Both the position numbers and the translations under genes were made by a program. A stretch of 59,369 nucleotides of DNA, filler included, from Dugesia japonica (Eukaryota): the NCBI GenBank assembly GCA_001938525.1. It is 4 parts of 4 records of this genome, joined end to end, with 100 filler letters (N's around TTAATTAATTAA, not from the genome) between each part and the next. Parts side by side here need not be neighbours in the genome. Positions count along the whole stretch, not along the records: positions 1 to 25,016 come from MQRL01648552.1; positions 25,117 to 38,441 come from MQRL01604808.1; 2 more parts are not named here. One strand, written 5' to 3'. A model generated the notes under the pieces. It worked only from the letters and a program-made list of their open reading frames with translations. It ran no database searches and was not told the DNA's origin. Shown one piece after another: positions 12,236-25,209 of this stretch (position 1 is the first letter of the stretch; each line of letters opens with the position of its first letter).

Positions 12236-13459
12236 TGAAATTAGAAAATCCCTGAACAAATCTTTTAATTCTCCTGACATTTGATGTTCACAGTTTCATT
12301 AATATTAGCTTCTCACCAAAAGAAACGATTAATATCCCAAAGAAAACCATTTTCAATATTTATGTTTAAGTAAAATTGCTCTTCGTCTTAATAATAATAA
12401 TTAATGAAATCCGTATACTATTTGTATTCTAAGTAAACTTATTATTAATAATATTATTAAAATTATTTTCATACATTGTTTCAATAACAGTTTTGTTTGA
12501 ATTTCTTACCATTACATTACATCATTCGACATGTACAGTCTGACGGAACGAATCCACCAAGGTCCGTTAGCATCCAATCGAGTCAGTTCATAATTTAACT
12601 TACCGATCAGCTTGTGTAGTTTGAACTAGACTAAGCTCGATTAAAGCATGTGCATCTCTGGTTCACATCCGGTTTCAAATATACATTGCTACAATGGTAT
12701 AACCATTATAAGATAAAACTGTTAGTCGTCATCGCCAATATTTGGCTAGACTCATATCTGCAAAATGGTAAAGAATTAAAAGTCAACTGTTATTGAATAA
12801 ATCTTTAAATTAAATCATTTAAGAAAAGCATTACTAAAAAAGTCATTAAGTTAAATCATTTAAGAAATAACATTACTATTTAAATAAAATTTAATCCTTA
12901 CTTATTGTCAAAGTTCACAGTAATGATTATAAATCGTAATAACTTACCATATCTCCAATAACTTTAATCAAATAATTAAGAATTTATAACGTTTACAATT
13001 ATCATCTGAAAATCAATTTATTAACTTAAAAGAAATTATTAATTTAAAATTGTTAACTTTAAATAAAATCATTACGAAATTTATTACCGTTTAATTTAAA
13101 TAAAATAAATCCTTACTTATTTTCATAACTTATCAAATTTTATAATAATATTGATCACAATAAATTTTCATATTTTATGTATTACAAATCATAATAGGTT
13201 TTCCTAAATAATCTAAAATAAAATTAATAATATAGCAAATTAAATACAAAATCTTACTTGATATTGTTAAAATGGCGAAATAATGATGAAATAATATGAA
13301 ATTATTCCATTCAAGTCATATTTAATTAATATGTTTAAACAAAATTATTTAATAATAAATAATTGTTTGACATATTTTAATTAATATAATTTAACAAAAA
13401 ATCAATTTTAAAAAACATTAATTCTGTATGATCAATTTAAATTTTAATTTATATTAATT

Positions 13460-13692
13460 TTTTAACTGTTTAGTTTTAATTCGTATTAATTTAAAGCTGC
13501 TAAACTTTGATTCAAATTAATTTCGAACTGATAAATTTTAATTTGTCTTAATTTTAAACTGTTTAATTTTGATTCCTAATAATCATAAGCTGCTTAACTT
13601 TGATTCATATTAATTTCAAGCTGTTTAATTTTGATTTGTATTAATTTAGAACTGTATAATTTTGATTCTTGTTAAATTTAAACTGTTAAATT
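13460..13692. repeat. 31-bp degenerate tandem array, ~8 units
   Basis: CTG anchor at 13466, 13497, 13528, 13559, 13590, 13621, 13652 and 13683. Confidence 0.9.
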
Positions 13693-13719
13693 CTTATCTT
13701 AAATGTTATGAATTTTAAG

Positions 13720-15860
13720 GTTTATAATGAAAGTTGTATTTTCAATGACGAGTTCTTTACTTTCTATATAGTTGTCTCTAATTTTCTATGATAACTCGTG
13801 TATTTACCATAATTATAATTGTATATTCTATGATGAAGTGTCTATCTTTTGTAATGAAACTATAATTTTCCATGACAAAGTGATTATTTTCCATGTTGAA
13901 GTGTTTATTTTCAATAATGAATATTATATTTTACACGGTGACTTAGAAATTTAGTGTGTTTTAGAATTTATGTGATGAAATGTAATTTAATAGAGTTGAC
14001 TTTGAAATTTCAATGTGATGAACTATATTTTTAGTGTGAGGGATTATAAGTTTCACTGGGTGGTTTGAAATTTTATCTGAGGACTTAGCGATTTTATTAT
14101 CTTCTATGTAATCTTTGAATATTATTGAATACTTCTGTATAATTTATAAAAATTTTTAATAGAAATACTTCTATGTATTTTTAAATAAATTTAATGACTT
14201 CTATATAACTTTAGCACAAAGAATTATAATTTTTATGTACTGGTTTAGAAATTTAATGTGTCTACTGAAAGTTTTACTGGGGTTGAATGAAATTTTCTGA
14301 GAATGAAAATTTTAGTAAATTGTGCTACAATTCTGTGTGATGGATTGTAATTTTAGTGTGATAAATTATATTTTTTATGTTGGCTTAGAAATTGTATGTG
14401 TTGACTTAGAATTTTACTTGTTCAGTTATATGGGTTGAATTAGACTTTAGTGAGACAAATTATAACTTTAAAGCGTTAAATTAGAAATTTCAATGTGATG
14501 AACTATATTTTTGTGTTACATTATAAGTTTAACTTGTTGGTTAGAATTTTTATGTGTTGACTTAGAATTTTGTGTAATGAATTATAATTTCAATGTAATG
14601 GATTACAGTTATAGTGCGACGGAATATAATTTTTATGTGTTAACGTAGAAATTTTATGCGTTAAAACTTAGAACTTTATTTGTTGAGTGTTAATTTTTAT
14701 GGGATAAATTAGACTTTTGTGAGATGGATTATAATTTTAAAGCGTTCACTTAGAAATTTCAATGTGAGGAATTAAACTTTATTGTGATGGATTACAAGTT
14801 TTACTTGTTGGTTAAATTTTTATATGTTGACTTATAAATTTTATGTAACAAATTAAAAATATGTGCATATTTAGATATTTTATGTGTTGGCTTAAAGTTT
14901 TATGAGATGTCTAAGAATTTTGTGTAATAATAGTAATTTTAATGCAAGGATTATAAGTTTTATGTGTTGACTTAGAATTTGGTGTAATCAAATATAATTT
15001 CAATGTAATGAATTACAGTTTTAATGCGATGGATTGTAATTTTTATGCGTTAAAACTCAGAATTTTACTTGTTGAGTGTTAATTTATATGGATTGGATTA
15101 GACTTTTGTGAGATGAATTATATATTTTAAATATTGACTATTAATTTTTTTTGGACTAGAAATAGAATTTTGTGTAAATGAATACTATTTTAGTGTCCCG
15201 AAATGTAATTTTAGTGCGATAGATTATAATTTTTATATGTTGACTTAAAGATTTCACATTTTGAGTGGTAATTTTGTGTGATGGCTTAGAATTTTATGTG
15301 ACAGAATATAATTTTAGAATACGGATTAATATTTTTAAAGCGATGATTTAGAAATTTCAATGAGATGAACTATATTTTTAGTGTGATGGATTATAATTTT
15401 TTTTGTGATGGAATATAATTTAATGTGTGAATTAAACGTTTTGTGTGTAGACTTAGACATTTTATTAACTTCTTTGTAATTTATGAAAATGTTTAATGAC
15501 CTCTATGTAATCTTTGAAAGTTATTGAATACATCTAAGTAATCTATGTTACTTTTAATGACTTCTCTATAAGTTTAGTGCGATGGATTGTAATTTTTGAA
15601 TTGGCTTAAAGCTTTTAAATGCTAAGTGTTAATTTTTTATGTGTTGGTTTAGAAAATGTATTTCTAAACTTTTAATTTTTGTGATTGAATACAATTTTAA
15701 TGTGATGAACTATAGTTTTTATGTGTTGACGTAAAATTTAGTATGTCGGAATGTAATTTAATATGGTGGGTTACAATTGTAATATGTTTGATTGAAATTA
15801 GAATGTTATGAGTTCTAATTTTCAAATTAGGACTTTCAATTTTATGTGTAGAACTTATAG
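13720..15860. repeat. Degenerate ~21-bp tandem array with higher-order repeats
   Basis: Units such as TTTTATGTGTTGACTTAGAAT and TTTTAGTGTGATGGATTATAA; GAAATTTCAATG(T/A)GA(T/G)GAA recurs near 14005, 14484, 14753 and 15351. Confidence 0.85.
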
Positions 15861-16869
15861 AAATTTGATTATATTTGTATAATAGTATAAAATTTATATG
15901 TCTTTATGATAATATCATTATAAAATCCTAAAAGAACTATAGAAAGTCCTTAAATCATATACTCAAAGACTTATTATTTCAATGATATAAGATATTCCCC
16001 GAACAATATAAATGTTGAATTTCCTCTAGGGCAATATTAATATTAATAGTAATGTTAACATCCCCTGGACAATTTTAATGTTAATGTTAATATCCCTTGG
16101 ATAATATTAATGTTAACGTTAACATCCACTGGGCAATATTAATATTAATATTATCGTTAGAATCCACCTGGTAATATTAATGTTAATATCTTCTGGACAA
16201 TATTTGGATCATGATGTTCTCAAATGATGTTAGATATAATGAGAGTTAGTCAGTTACAGTGTGATAAAGCCAGTTGAGAGTGATAGAAAACTTATTGTGT
16301 GTATGATAATTTTATTGAAGAGAAAGATTTCCAGTGTGAAGTGGAAGAGTACCAGTAGAGAGTGTAGAATATCAATAGAGAGTAGGAGAAGACCAGCTGA
16401 TAGTGAGTGAATACCGATGAATAGAGGGAGAAAACCAGTGTATAGTGTCAGAAAACTTGTAGAGAGTATGTGTATACTAGTTGAAGCAATTAGTAGTATG
16501 AGGCATGATCATATATTAGTATGAAACCTGAGCAACTAATATTAATAGCGCCCTGGGAATATTAAATATCAATTTAGCCCAGGGAATATTTAATGTTAAC
16601 ATTGTCCGGGGAGCATCGAATATTATTGTTAATATTGCCCGGCGCTGCTAATGTTAATATTGCTCTGTAAAAATATACATTAAAAAAAAGAAATCGTTAA
16701 TTTTACTTTAAAGAAAAATTTCACTTCATTTAAACAAAAAGCCATTTAAATCTTTTAATTTAAACAAAAATAAACTATTTTATCTCATTAAAACTAATAA
16801 TAAATAATTTTAAACAAGAAAACATTAAACAAATACATCAATTAAAACAAAGGTTTGAATTACGTAACC

Positions 16870-17103
16870 ATGACATCACCATGACGCAGCTATGACATCA
16901 TCATTACATAATCACAAAAGCATCATGTAATCTACACTCACACAAAATTGCGACCAATCAAAACGCTTAAAATCGGGCACAGTATAAAAAGAGTGGATAC
17001 TGTGACCGTGCTGACCTATCCAAAAAACAATGACCAATCAAAACACTTAGAAATCGGGCACCGTAAAAAAACATGGGGATATTGTGCCTATGCTGACCTA
17101 TTC
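16870..17103 (+). promoter_or_regulatory. Cluster of ATGACATCA/ATGACGCA motifs and a duplicated CCAAT module
   Basis: Three ATGAC motifs at 16870-16900; 80-bp-period duplicate GACCAATCAAAAC..AAATCGGGCAC..TGCTGACCTAT at 16952 and 17032, the first with TATAAAA. Confidence 0.5.
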
Positions 17104-18206
17104 ATCTTCTATAACTTATACTAAAATATCCAGTATAAAATTAAATTACTACATTCGTTGGATTATTACATCAACTGTCACAATATTAACAAGCTTTTAA
17201 TTTCAATTTCATTTTTGTTTGTTCGTAAATATTTCTCACTTGTTTGTGTTATCGTAATTTCTGATAAAGAATTTATATGAAAAAGTAAAATGTTTATTTT
17301 CACTTTTATTTCAGCTTTTTCTATTGATTGGTTATTTGTCGTTTTTGATACTTTTCAGTTTTTTTCAATTTTACTAGAAATTTCTGTACATTTTTGAATT
17401 TTATCTAAATGACTATAATAATTGTAAATTAATCAAAATCACGTTTGTCATTAATCTCCAAACAACTTTGGATGTTAACAACCAAAACTTTATTAAAAAG
17501 TTCTAGTTATACTAAAAAAAAATTTTCCCGCATTGTTGAGATGTCTTTGGGATTGCACAAAGTTAAATCTACAATATTGTGAGTTTAATTTGATTTTTTG
17601 AAAAGAAAATTGAAATCCAACTGATAAGTATAATTAATATTGTACGCGTTGCCTCGTTCNTTAATATATTTAATATAAATAAAACAATATGGATAAAATA
17701 TATTATATAGTCGTCCTTAATTTGTTAAAATAAAAATTACTTTTTTTAAACATTTATTCACGTTCAATAATACAATACAAGCGTTATGATTTTTATCTTT
17801 TGGTCTGTAACTATAGAAGTCTTAGACCATTTTTAAATATTTTTATTGTATGTTTTAAGTGAGAATTATATCGCTATTTATATTAGTGATTGTACATCAA
17901 ATGTTTAATGTTTATTTAAAATAATAAATGTCTTCGCTAAAATGATCTTGCAAAAATAAAAAATTTCTATAATTTTTATAAAGTGCACATGGAAATTTAC
18001 CATATAAAATTTCATAATAATTATAAGGAAATAATTATTAATTAATAATTTCAGCCAATAGAAAGTGATTAAATTGAATATTAAAATTGAATTAATTTTA
18101 ATCACTTATAATTTTATAATGTAACATGTGTTGTAGTAGTGAAATAAATTATGTCTAAAAATATTAGTTGTGATTTGGAAAATGAATTATCAATTTAAGA
18201 TTTACC

Positions 18207-18510
18207 TAACATGGTGGCAGCGGTTAAAACCGATTCTATCACAGGTTATTACCGAATGTGTTATGTAGAGGAGATTGTTGAGAAATTAATCAAGCGGTGC
18301 GAATTTTATTTTGACAGAACAGGAGAGATTAGTTTCTTGTTTGTTAGATGATGAATTGTAGGATGAATATGTAAAAACGTTTAAAAAGTTGAAGGTTTTC
18401 AGGCTCGTATATGTATGGAATTTGAGAAAGAGAATGATGTCATTAAAGACTTTCAAAATTTGAAAAAATGGTGTTAGTAGATCGAGTAGAGAAAATCAGA
18501 TAAAAAATTA
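18207..18510 (+). mobile_element. Ty3/gypsy remnant: LTR end, tRNA-Leu PBS and degraded gag start
   Basis: TAACA then TGGTGGCAGCGGT (18212-18224), complementary to the 3' end of eukaryotic tRNA-Leu (...ACCGCUGCCACCA); downstream LLPNVLCRGD..EKLIKRCEFYF..LLDDEL resembles the gag near 26240. Confidence 0.7.
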
Positions 18511-19834
18511 TGGTTTTTCTAAAACATACAATTTTTATTAAAATTTAGTTAATTAAGACAAACTCATTTTTAATGTACCCGAGAGAGACTTATATTATTA
18601 TCATATGAAATTAACTCATTTTAATGGAATTATACTCTAGGGAACGATTGATTAATTGTCTAAAAATTTTAACCAATTAAAAAGCCTGAAATTATTACCA
18701 ATTAAAAAGCCTAAAAATTATCATCATCTAAAAACTTTGAAAAATTTAACCAGATAACAAGCAAATGAAACAGAAAACTCAATCAGATTTTCATTAAATA
18801 CATTTTTTAGTTTGAAAATGACTTTATCTTATTATTTAGTTTAACACTGTTTTTCTTCTAATTTTTATTGTTCTTCGGGATATACTTCAATATTTAGTTT
18901 GTTTTTTCTATATAACTTTTTATCTATATGGTTTGGTAATTTTAGGTTATTTCCCTACTGGCCGTAAAATTTCATATCTAATAGCATCAATTTCTATACA
19001 TTTTGAGTGACGTTTGATATTTTCGAAAAATGTTACCAAACCCGGGAGGACAGTTGTATATCTTCGCTAGGAAGCCTTTTTAGCGAGAAAATTTTAAGTC
19101 GATTGATGTAAAAATATCTATATGTTGTAAAAATTGAAAAAATTATTTTTGAAATTTTAGTTGTTCCGGATTCCCATAAAAAATTGATTTAAAAAAATTT
19201 AAATTTTCATATTATTTAAACAGCATAGACTGTTCACGTGTATTCCTATAAAAAAATCCCAGAAAATTTTTTCCCAACTAAAAAGCTTGAAAAATTTTTT
19301 TTGGCATGAAAAAATACTACCGTTTAAAAAGACTAAAAAAATATTGGGCTACTTAATCCTATTAAATAAAATTTCAGCGATAAAATCGATCTAATTACTT
19401 AATTTGTGTGCAAAATATTTGTCCAACTAAAAACATTGGATAAATTCTATATCAATTAATCCTATTTCATAATATTACCTAATATGACATCATTTTTTAA
19501 ATTCCCAACAAAATGCACAAGGATTTAGTTTCTTTACATCACTAATCTTGGGGGTACTGAACGTGTGCTGGCCTAGTGTGCTACTACATATCTACTAAAG
19601 AGTTCATTATAAATAAATAATTCAATTATAAATGTAATTACACACATTAATAAATCAGAAATTAGTAATTCAAAAATAAATATAGAAAGAGAATTATATT
19701 TTCAACCACCAAGAATTTGCTATGTTGGTAATTGGAGTATGTATAGAGAAAAACAAAAAACCTGGCTTAAAACCAGGTGAGAACTGAAAGTATTTTTTTC
19801 AATTAAAACAATTAAACTTGTTTTCACTGACATA

Positions 19835-20455
19835 ATATACGATTAAAATCAATTAAATTGTTATTTCCTTCTAAATTTTTCTAAATATTATTGAATCACT
19901 CATTTTATGTGTTATTGCTACATATATTGGATTAAACATCCTTTCAGTTATTTTTTTAACCAAATGAAACTGTATTAATTATAAATGAATATCAAGCCTT
20001 TTGTTCTTTACCATTTATATATGAATCACGAATTAAATCATAACTTATATTTATTGTATATTCATCAAAAATATTTATTCCATTATGATTAATTATAAAA
20101 TTATCTGCGTTAGCCACATTGGTTGATAAATATATTCTATTAAAATTAAAACCTAACATGTATGAAAAAATGATGTATTAGAAAATGTTAATTCTTTCTA
20201 AGTTTTTAACTTACATCTTGATGTTGAATTATCTGCTTTTATAATTATATTGTATTTAGAGACTTTTCTTTAATTTTATCAATTTCATATGCATCAAATC
20301 AATCTTTCAAATTTTTCCATTTAAATAAAATACATTATTTTCTATTATATTATAAATTATATTATAACAACAAAACCATAATAATCCTAATTCATAATTA
20401 TACAATAGAATTAATTCTAAAGAAATCGGAAATTTTATTGGAAAATCACTTTTTT
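19835..20455 (-). pseudogene. Polinton/Maverick minor capsid (penton) protein remnant
   Basis: Manual translation across frameshifts: SDFPIKFPISLE..NYELGLLWFCCYNIIYNIIENNVF..AYEIDKI..IIIKADNSTSRC..MLGF..INIF..INISYDLIRDSYINGK..YSF..ITERMFNPIYVAI..NNNLIDFN, the ordered motif series I recall for Polinton mCP. Confidence 0.75.
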
Positions 20456-20759
20456 ATTTGAGTTTTGTGCTGAAATACTTGATCAATATTTATATGATAA
20501 TAATGAAATTAACTTAGATATTTTCCATTTTATAAATTTTTTGGGATTTTACACTTTGTGTTTTGATTTCTTATGTGATTAAATCTAGGGGGTCGAACTT
20601 TATATAAAATTTAGTAAAACCCCTAGATTATTAGAACATTAGAATCAGATTAGTATTTATTTTAATGAAATTAGTAACTATTGCTTATAGGTTTGTGTCT
20701 ATGAGTCTATATATGCAAGGCTAATGGATGTAGTAAGCAAGTAAGCACACTAACCTAAT

Positions 20760-22160
20760 ATAATAAAGTGAAACCAATGGAACACAGTTAAACTACTGGA
20801 TAGAGTAAACATACTAGTAAATTAACCTAATTTGATAAAGCGAAAACCAATGGAACACAGTAAATCCAATGTGTTACAGTAAAACCAGTGTTATATAGAA
20901 AGTCAACGAATATCACACATAGTACTTGATCGAATTAAATTGTTACATTAAATTATTTGACTTATTACTAATTTATCAATTGAATATACATCACGACGAA
21001 TCATCTATACACTAATTTCATTAAGCCATAAATACATTGTAGTTACCTACAAGCACGTTATCATCGCATTTACACAATTTGCAACAACATATGTACGAAT
21101 TACAACTACCTATGAATAAACTGTAGTCATCTTTAAGCAAATTATCACTGATTATGTGTAAAATATAGTAAACTATATATAAATTGTTGCAATCTATGTG
21201 TAAATTATAACCACCTACGTATCAATTAAAACATTAGTTTGTAATTTTTTAAAACTTTTATTTTAATAACTTGATTTTATAAATTCATATAGATCTTCCG
21301 AAAACATTAATAAGTCCATAAGTAATTTCATTATAATATATAGACCCAAGATTAAAATATAGACTAATTTTTATTGAGATTTATTAAATTTCCATTAATT
21401 TTAGTAAAGTTTATTAAATTATTTCGTGGAATTCAGTGTTGTATTTACACATTAGACCAATGGTTATAGTAAAATAGTAGAAACCAATGTGTTAATACAG
21501 ATCACTTTATTAAATTTTCATTAATTTCCTTAATTTCTCTAAGTTTTATAAATTTCACAGAGTTTAGCAAGGGATACAGAAAGCCAGTAAATACAGTAAA
21601 CAAGAGAATATAGTAAGCCCATAGGTACAGAAAATCGATCTGATACAGAAAAGTCCTTGTGGTACAGTAAAATCAGTGTAATATAGTAAAGTCAATGAAT
21701 ACTACACTTTAAACTTAATCCAATCAAATTGTTCAAGTAAATTATTCAACTTATTACTAATTTGTCAATTGAATATGCATCAAGTCTAATTATCTATACA
21801 CTAATTTTATTAAACCATGCATGAATTGTAGACACCCATGCGTAAATTACGATTACCTGTGTACGAATTTCGACCCTCTGTGTGAAAATTGTTACTATTT
21901 ATTGTATATTGAGACAATAGTTTGTAATTTGCTAAATAGAAATTTCTTTTTGATAACAGAAATTTATAAAATTTTTATAGATTTTCACAAAATAATAATA
22001 AATATATACTTAGTCCATAAGTAATTTCATTAAAATGTATAAATCCATAATTAAAATATAGACTAATTTTTATTAAGTTTTGTTAAATGTCCATTAATTT
22101 TTTAAGTTTAATAAATTTTTATTAATTTTTCTAAAGTTCTTTAAAATTAATTAATTGCAT
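20760..22160. repeat. Diverged ~0.75-kb tandem duplication containing 21-bp subrepeats
   Basis: 20877-21420 matches 21665-22130 (CTTATTACTAATTT(A/G)TCAATTGAATAT; AGTCCATAAGTAATTTCATTA; ATTAAAATATAGACTAATTTTTATT); ~21-bp units internally. Confidence 0.8.
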
Positions 22161-25016
22161 TAAAATTTATCTAATATAATAGATTTAATGGATTTATAGT
22201 ACTTATTAGAGTTCAGCAGTTGTAAGTAATTTCAATTAAGATAGTAATCGGTCAAGTCAGCCATTCATCGGATTTTCATTTTAATAAATGTTATTTATAA
22301 AAAATATCTTTGTATCATTATTCTGTTATTTACTTTGTTTTTTATACTAATATTGATATTGTTCAGTGAGTAACCCACAAAACGTACTTGTTTTTCAATT
22401 TATTTCATCAAGGCTAAATATTTATGATTTTTAAACATGTTTTTCTTACTCGATAAATTTCTCTATTGAAAAGACGATTTGATGTTTAAATTCGAGTTAC
22501 TCTTTCAAAATTCATTATTTTCTCGGGAGACTCAAAACGTATGTATTTGTATTTGAATATAACTTTTTATATATAAGGTTGGACGATTTTAGGTGATGAT
22601 ATTGTTAATGACTTTCTATCCAATAGATACTTTAATTTTTCATATTTGAGATAATTTCTATTTTTACTTAATTATTTAGAATTACAAAATGTAAACTATT
22701 TTCAAAGTAATTTAAATTGATACTTTTTACTGTATATATTCTTGGTCAGTAAAAAATTCTCTATCGATTATTACTTAGATCATTAAATTAGGAAGAAAAT
22801 TAGAAAAATTAATTTTTTATTTGTGTTGGTTAAGCATTCTCGGGGTTTTTGACCATGTTTTTTCAAGTTTTCTAAGTCAAAATTAGGTTTGGAGATTTTA
22901 GGTAATGTTTATCTTGATCAGTGAAAAATTCTTCTGTTTGGTTAGGATTAGATGAGAAAAATTTCAAAAATTCTCAAAAAATCACATGTTTTTTAACTAG
23001 GCTATTTTTAACTAGGTCAATCATGATCAGCGAAACATTCTCTATCGAATCGACTCGTTTATTATTAAATTCGAGAACAAAATATTTTTCGAAAAAATTA
23101 TTTTTAGTTAGAAATTTTCCCGAGGTCATTCTCAATCGATTGATGTAAAAATCTCGACAAAAAATGTTTTCAAAAATTTTTTTCAAATTTGTGTTGTTTG
23201 CCCAAATTCTCATAAATATTTTTATTATTTTTTAAAAAAATTGAATTATTCAAACAAATTCGTCTGTTTCCGTAAAGATTTCAACCCAAACAGACCAACC
23301 CAAGTAAATTATGGCCCAAAATCACCCAAAAATCAATCTTCTCGAAGAAATCCATTATCAAACCGCCAAAAATTTTATTATTATATGTTTTTAAATAGCC
23401 GAAACGATAATCTAAATACTTTAATTGAAAAATAATTTCTTTTACGATTTAGAAGTAGTATTGCTAATGGCTTAAAGTCGATTACACTAAAGTTCTCGTT
23501 TGAACGAAGCATTCAAAGGAAATGAAGTTTTAATCATATAAATATCATAAAAATCAATATTACAATTGTTTAATAAATAATTAATAATACATCTATCAAT
23601 TTATTCAGTCAGCCATGTCTTATTTCTAAATTCGGGAGACGTTTTTTACTGGAGGGAAAAAAAGACAGACTGGATGTAAAATGCAGAAGTATAAGAAATT
23701 TAAGTTAATTACCACAATTAAATTTATCTTTATATATTTTGTCTTTTTGTTTTAGGATAAAAATATTTTTCATATATACTCAGACTATTGATAAGATTAC
23801 CATTAGTTTCCTTACTTCTTAAAATAAATTCTTTAAATGTTTTGAAACACTCTATTGTTTCTTCTAAGAATGGAATACTGTCATTACATAGTCTACTAAT
23901 AAAACTTCTTTCTTTTACAACAATTGCGAATTATCATTATTTTCATTGTATATATGGTAATTGTTAATTTCTTCTCCAATTTCTGAATAGTTTAATTAGC
24001 AGATGTATTGCCATTTATAAATTCTTCAACTTCGACAGAATCTATTTTCCCTAATTGATTAATTTTATTTTGATAAAAGTTTATAAATTTACTTCTAATA
24101 TTATACTCTGCTTTCCTGGATAATGTTTTCTTAAATTTATTAGAAAACAGTTTAGACACTATTGTATAATTTCTATTTTTCTTCTTTGTAATATATTATT
24201 TATATTCATCATTAGTAAGTTATTTTCAAAAAAAACTCCCATTACTTATTATGAGTCTCAACCTAATACATAATTGTTTTAGTTTATTTTTACTAGTAAA
24301 TTGTTTATCGACTTGTATGTTAGCCACTAATATTTGATAACTTCGAATGTAATTATTAATTGAATTTATTATTATTTCCTTCAAAAGTTGATTTGTTAAT
24401 TGACCAATCGATAAGCTGAACCACAATAAATTTTTAGAGTCGAGAATAAACTATAAACCTGCTTAAAATTATTTTTCCTAAAGTGTTCTTTAACTCAAAA
24501 TTTGATAATTAATACATATTTTATTTACCTTTTCAGCTACCTCAATACCGAATCTACATCACGTTGCGCTAAGCTTTGTTTTAATAAGACAACCGGATTC
24601 CTATAGTCCATGACAGTTCTAAGTTTTTTCCTTGTTTTATTTATATTTTTTTNNNNNNNNNNNTTGAAATACTTTAGAATTCAATAAATTACGTTTCAAT
24701 AATTCATTTTATATATTATATATTTTAGACAATATTGTGATACTTTATCAGAGTGGCGGTTATTTGTTTTTGAATAAAACCATTTAAATAAAAAAAAGTT
24801 TTAACCAATGATAAAAAATTATTAAAGAAATAAGAAGAATTAATCATAATACAGAAATATCATCTCGAACTCATGGATTATATTTAAAAAGAAAATTTTA
24901 AGGGAAAATAAGTGGATATTTAAAAAAATAGTTCCATTATTTTCGTGGAAAATAAAACAGGGGTAAAATGTATTAAATATTTTATATTATTTTATAATTA
25001 CAATTATTGTGAGAAT

Positions 25017-25116
25017 NNNNNNNNNNNNNNNNNNNNNNNNNNNNNNNNNNNNNNNNNNNNTTAATTAATTAANNNNNNNNNNNNNNNNNNNNNNNNNNNN
25101 NNNNNNNNNNNNNNNN
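25017..25116. other. Artificial scaffold-joining spacer N44-TTAATTAATTAA-N44
   Basis: Identical 100-bp construct also at 38442-38541 and 47189-47288; the 12-mer has stops in all six frames. Confidence 0.95.
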
Positions 25117-25209
25117 TTTTATATAAAGATGCACCCCCTAGAAATCATTACCAACATCATCTAAATAAAAAGGGTAAAACCCCAACATCAGTATCAACAT
25201 CAAAATTAT

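Larger units (their letters stand above)
9963..17152. mobile_element. Large non-autonomous inverted-repeat element (foldback- or Polinton-TIR-like) filled with minisatellites
   Basis: 9963-10140 plus 12000-12140 is the reverse complement of ~16480-16794; the interior is degenerate 21/24/31-bp tandem arrays; the right end extends to ...TTACTAC at ~17152 (right boundary inferred). Confidence 0.6.

Noticed and set aside
12087-13954. Repeat-peptide ORFs 12087-12284 and 13772-13954
   Set aside because: By-products of 24- and 21-bp DNA repeats; neighbouring units contain stops.
13460-16200. CRISPR-like array
   Set aside because: Contiguous degenerate tandem units with no unique spacers, no cas genes and a eukaryotic context.
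23800-24612. Long decayed minus-strand frame (similar case at 29475-29870, plus strand)
   Set aside because: Many stops and no motif I can assign.
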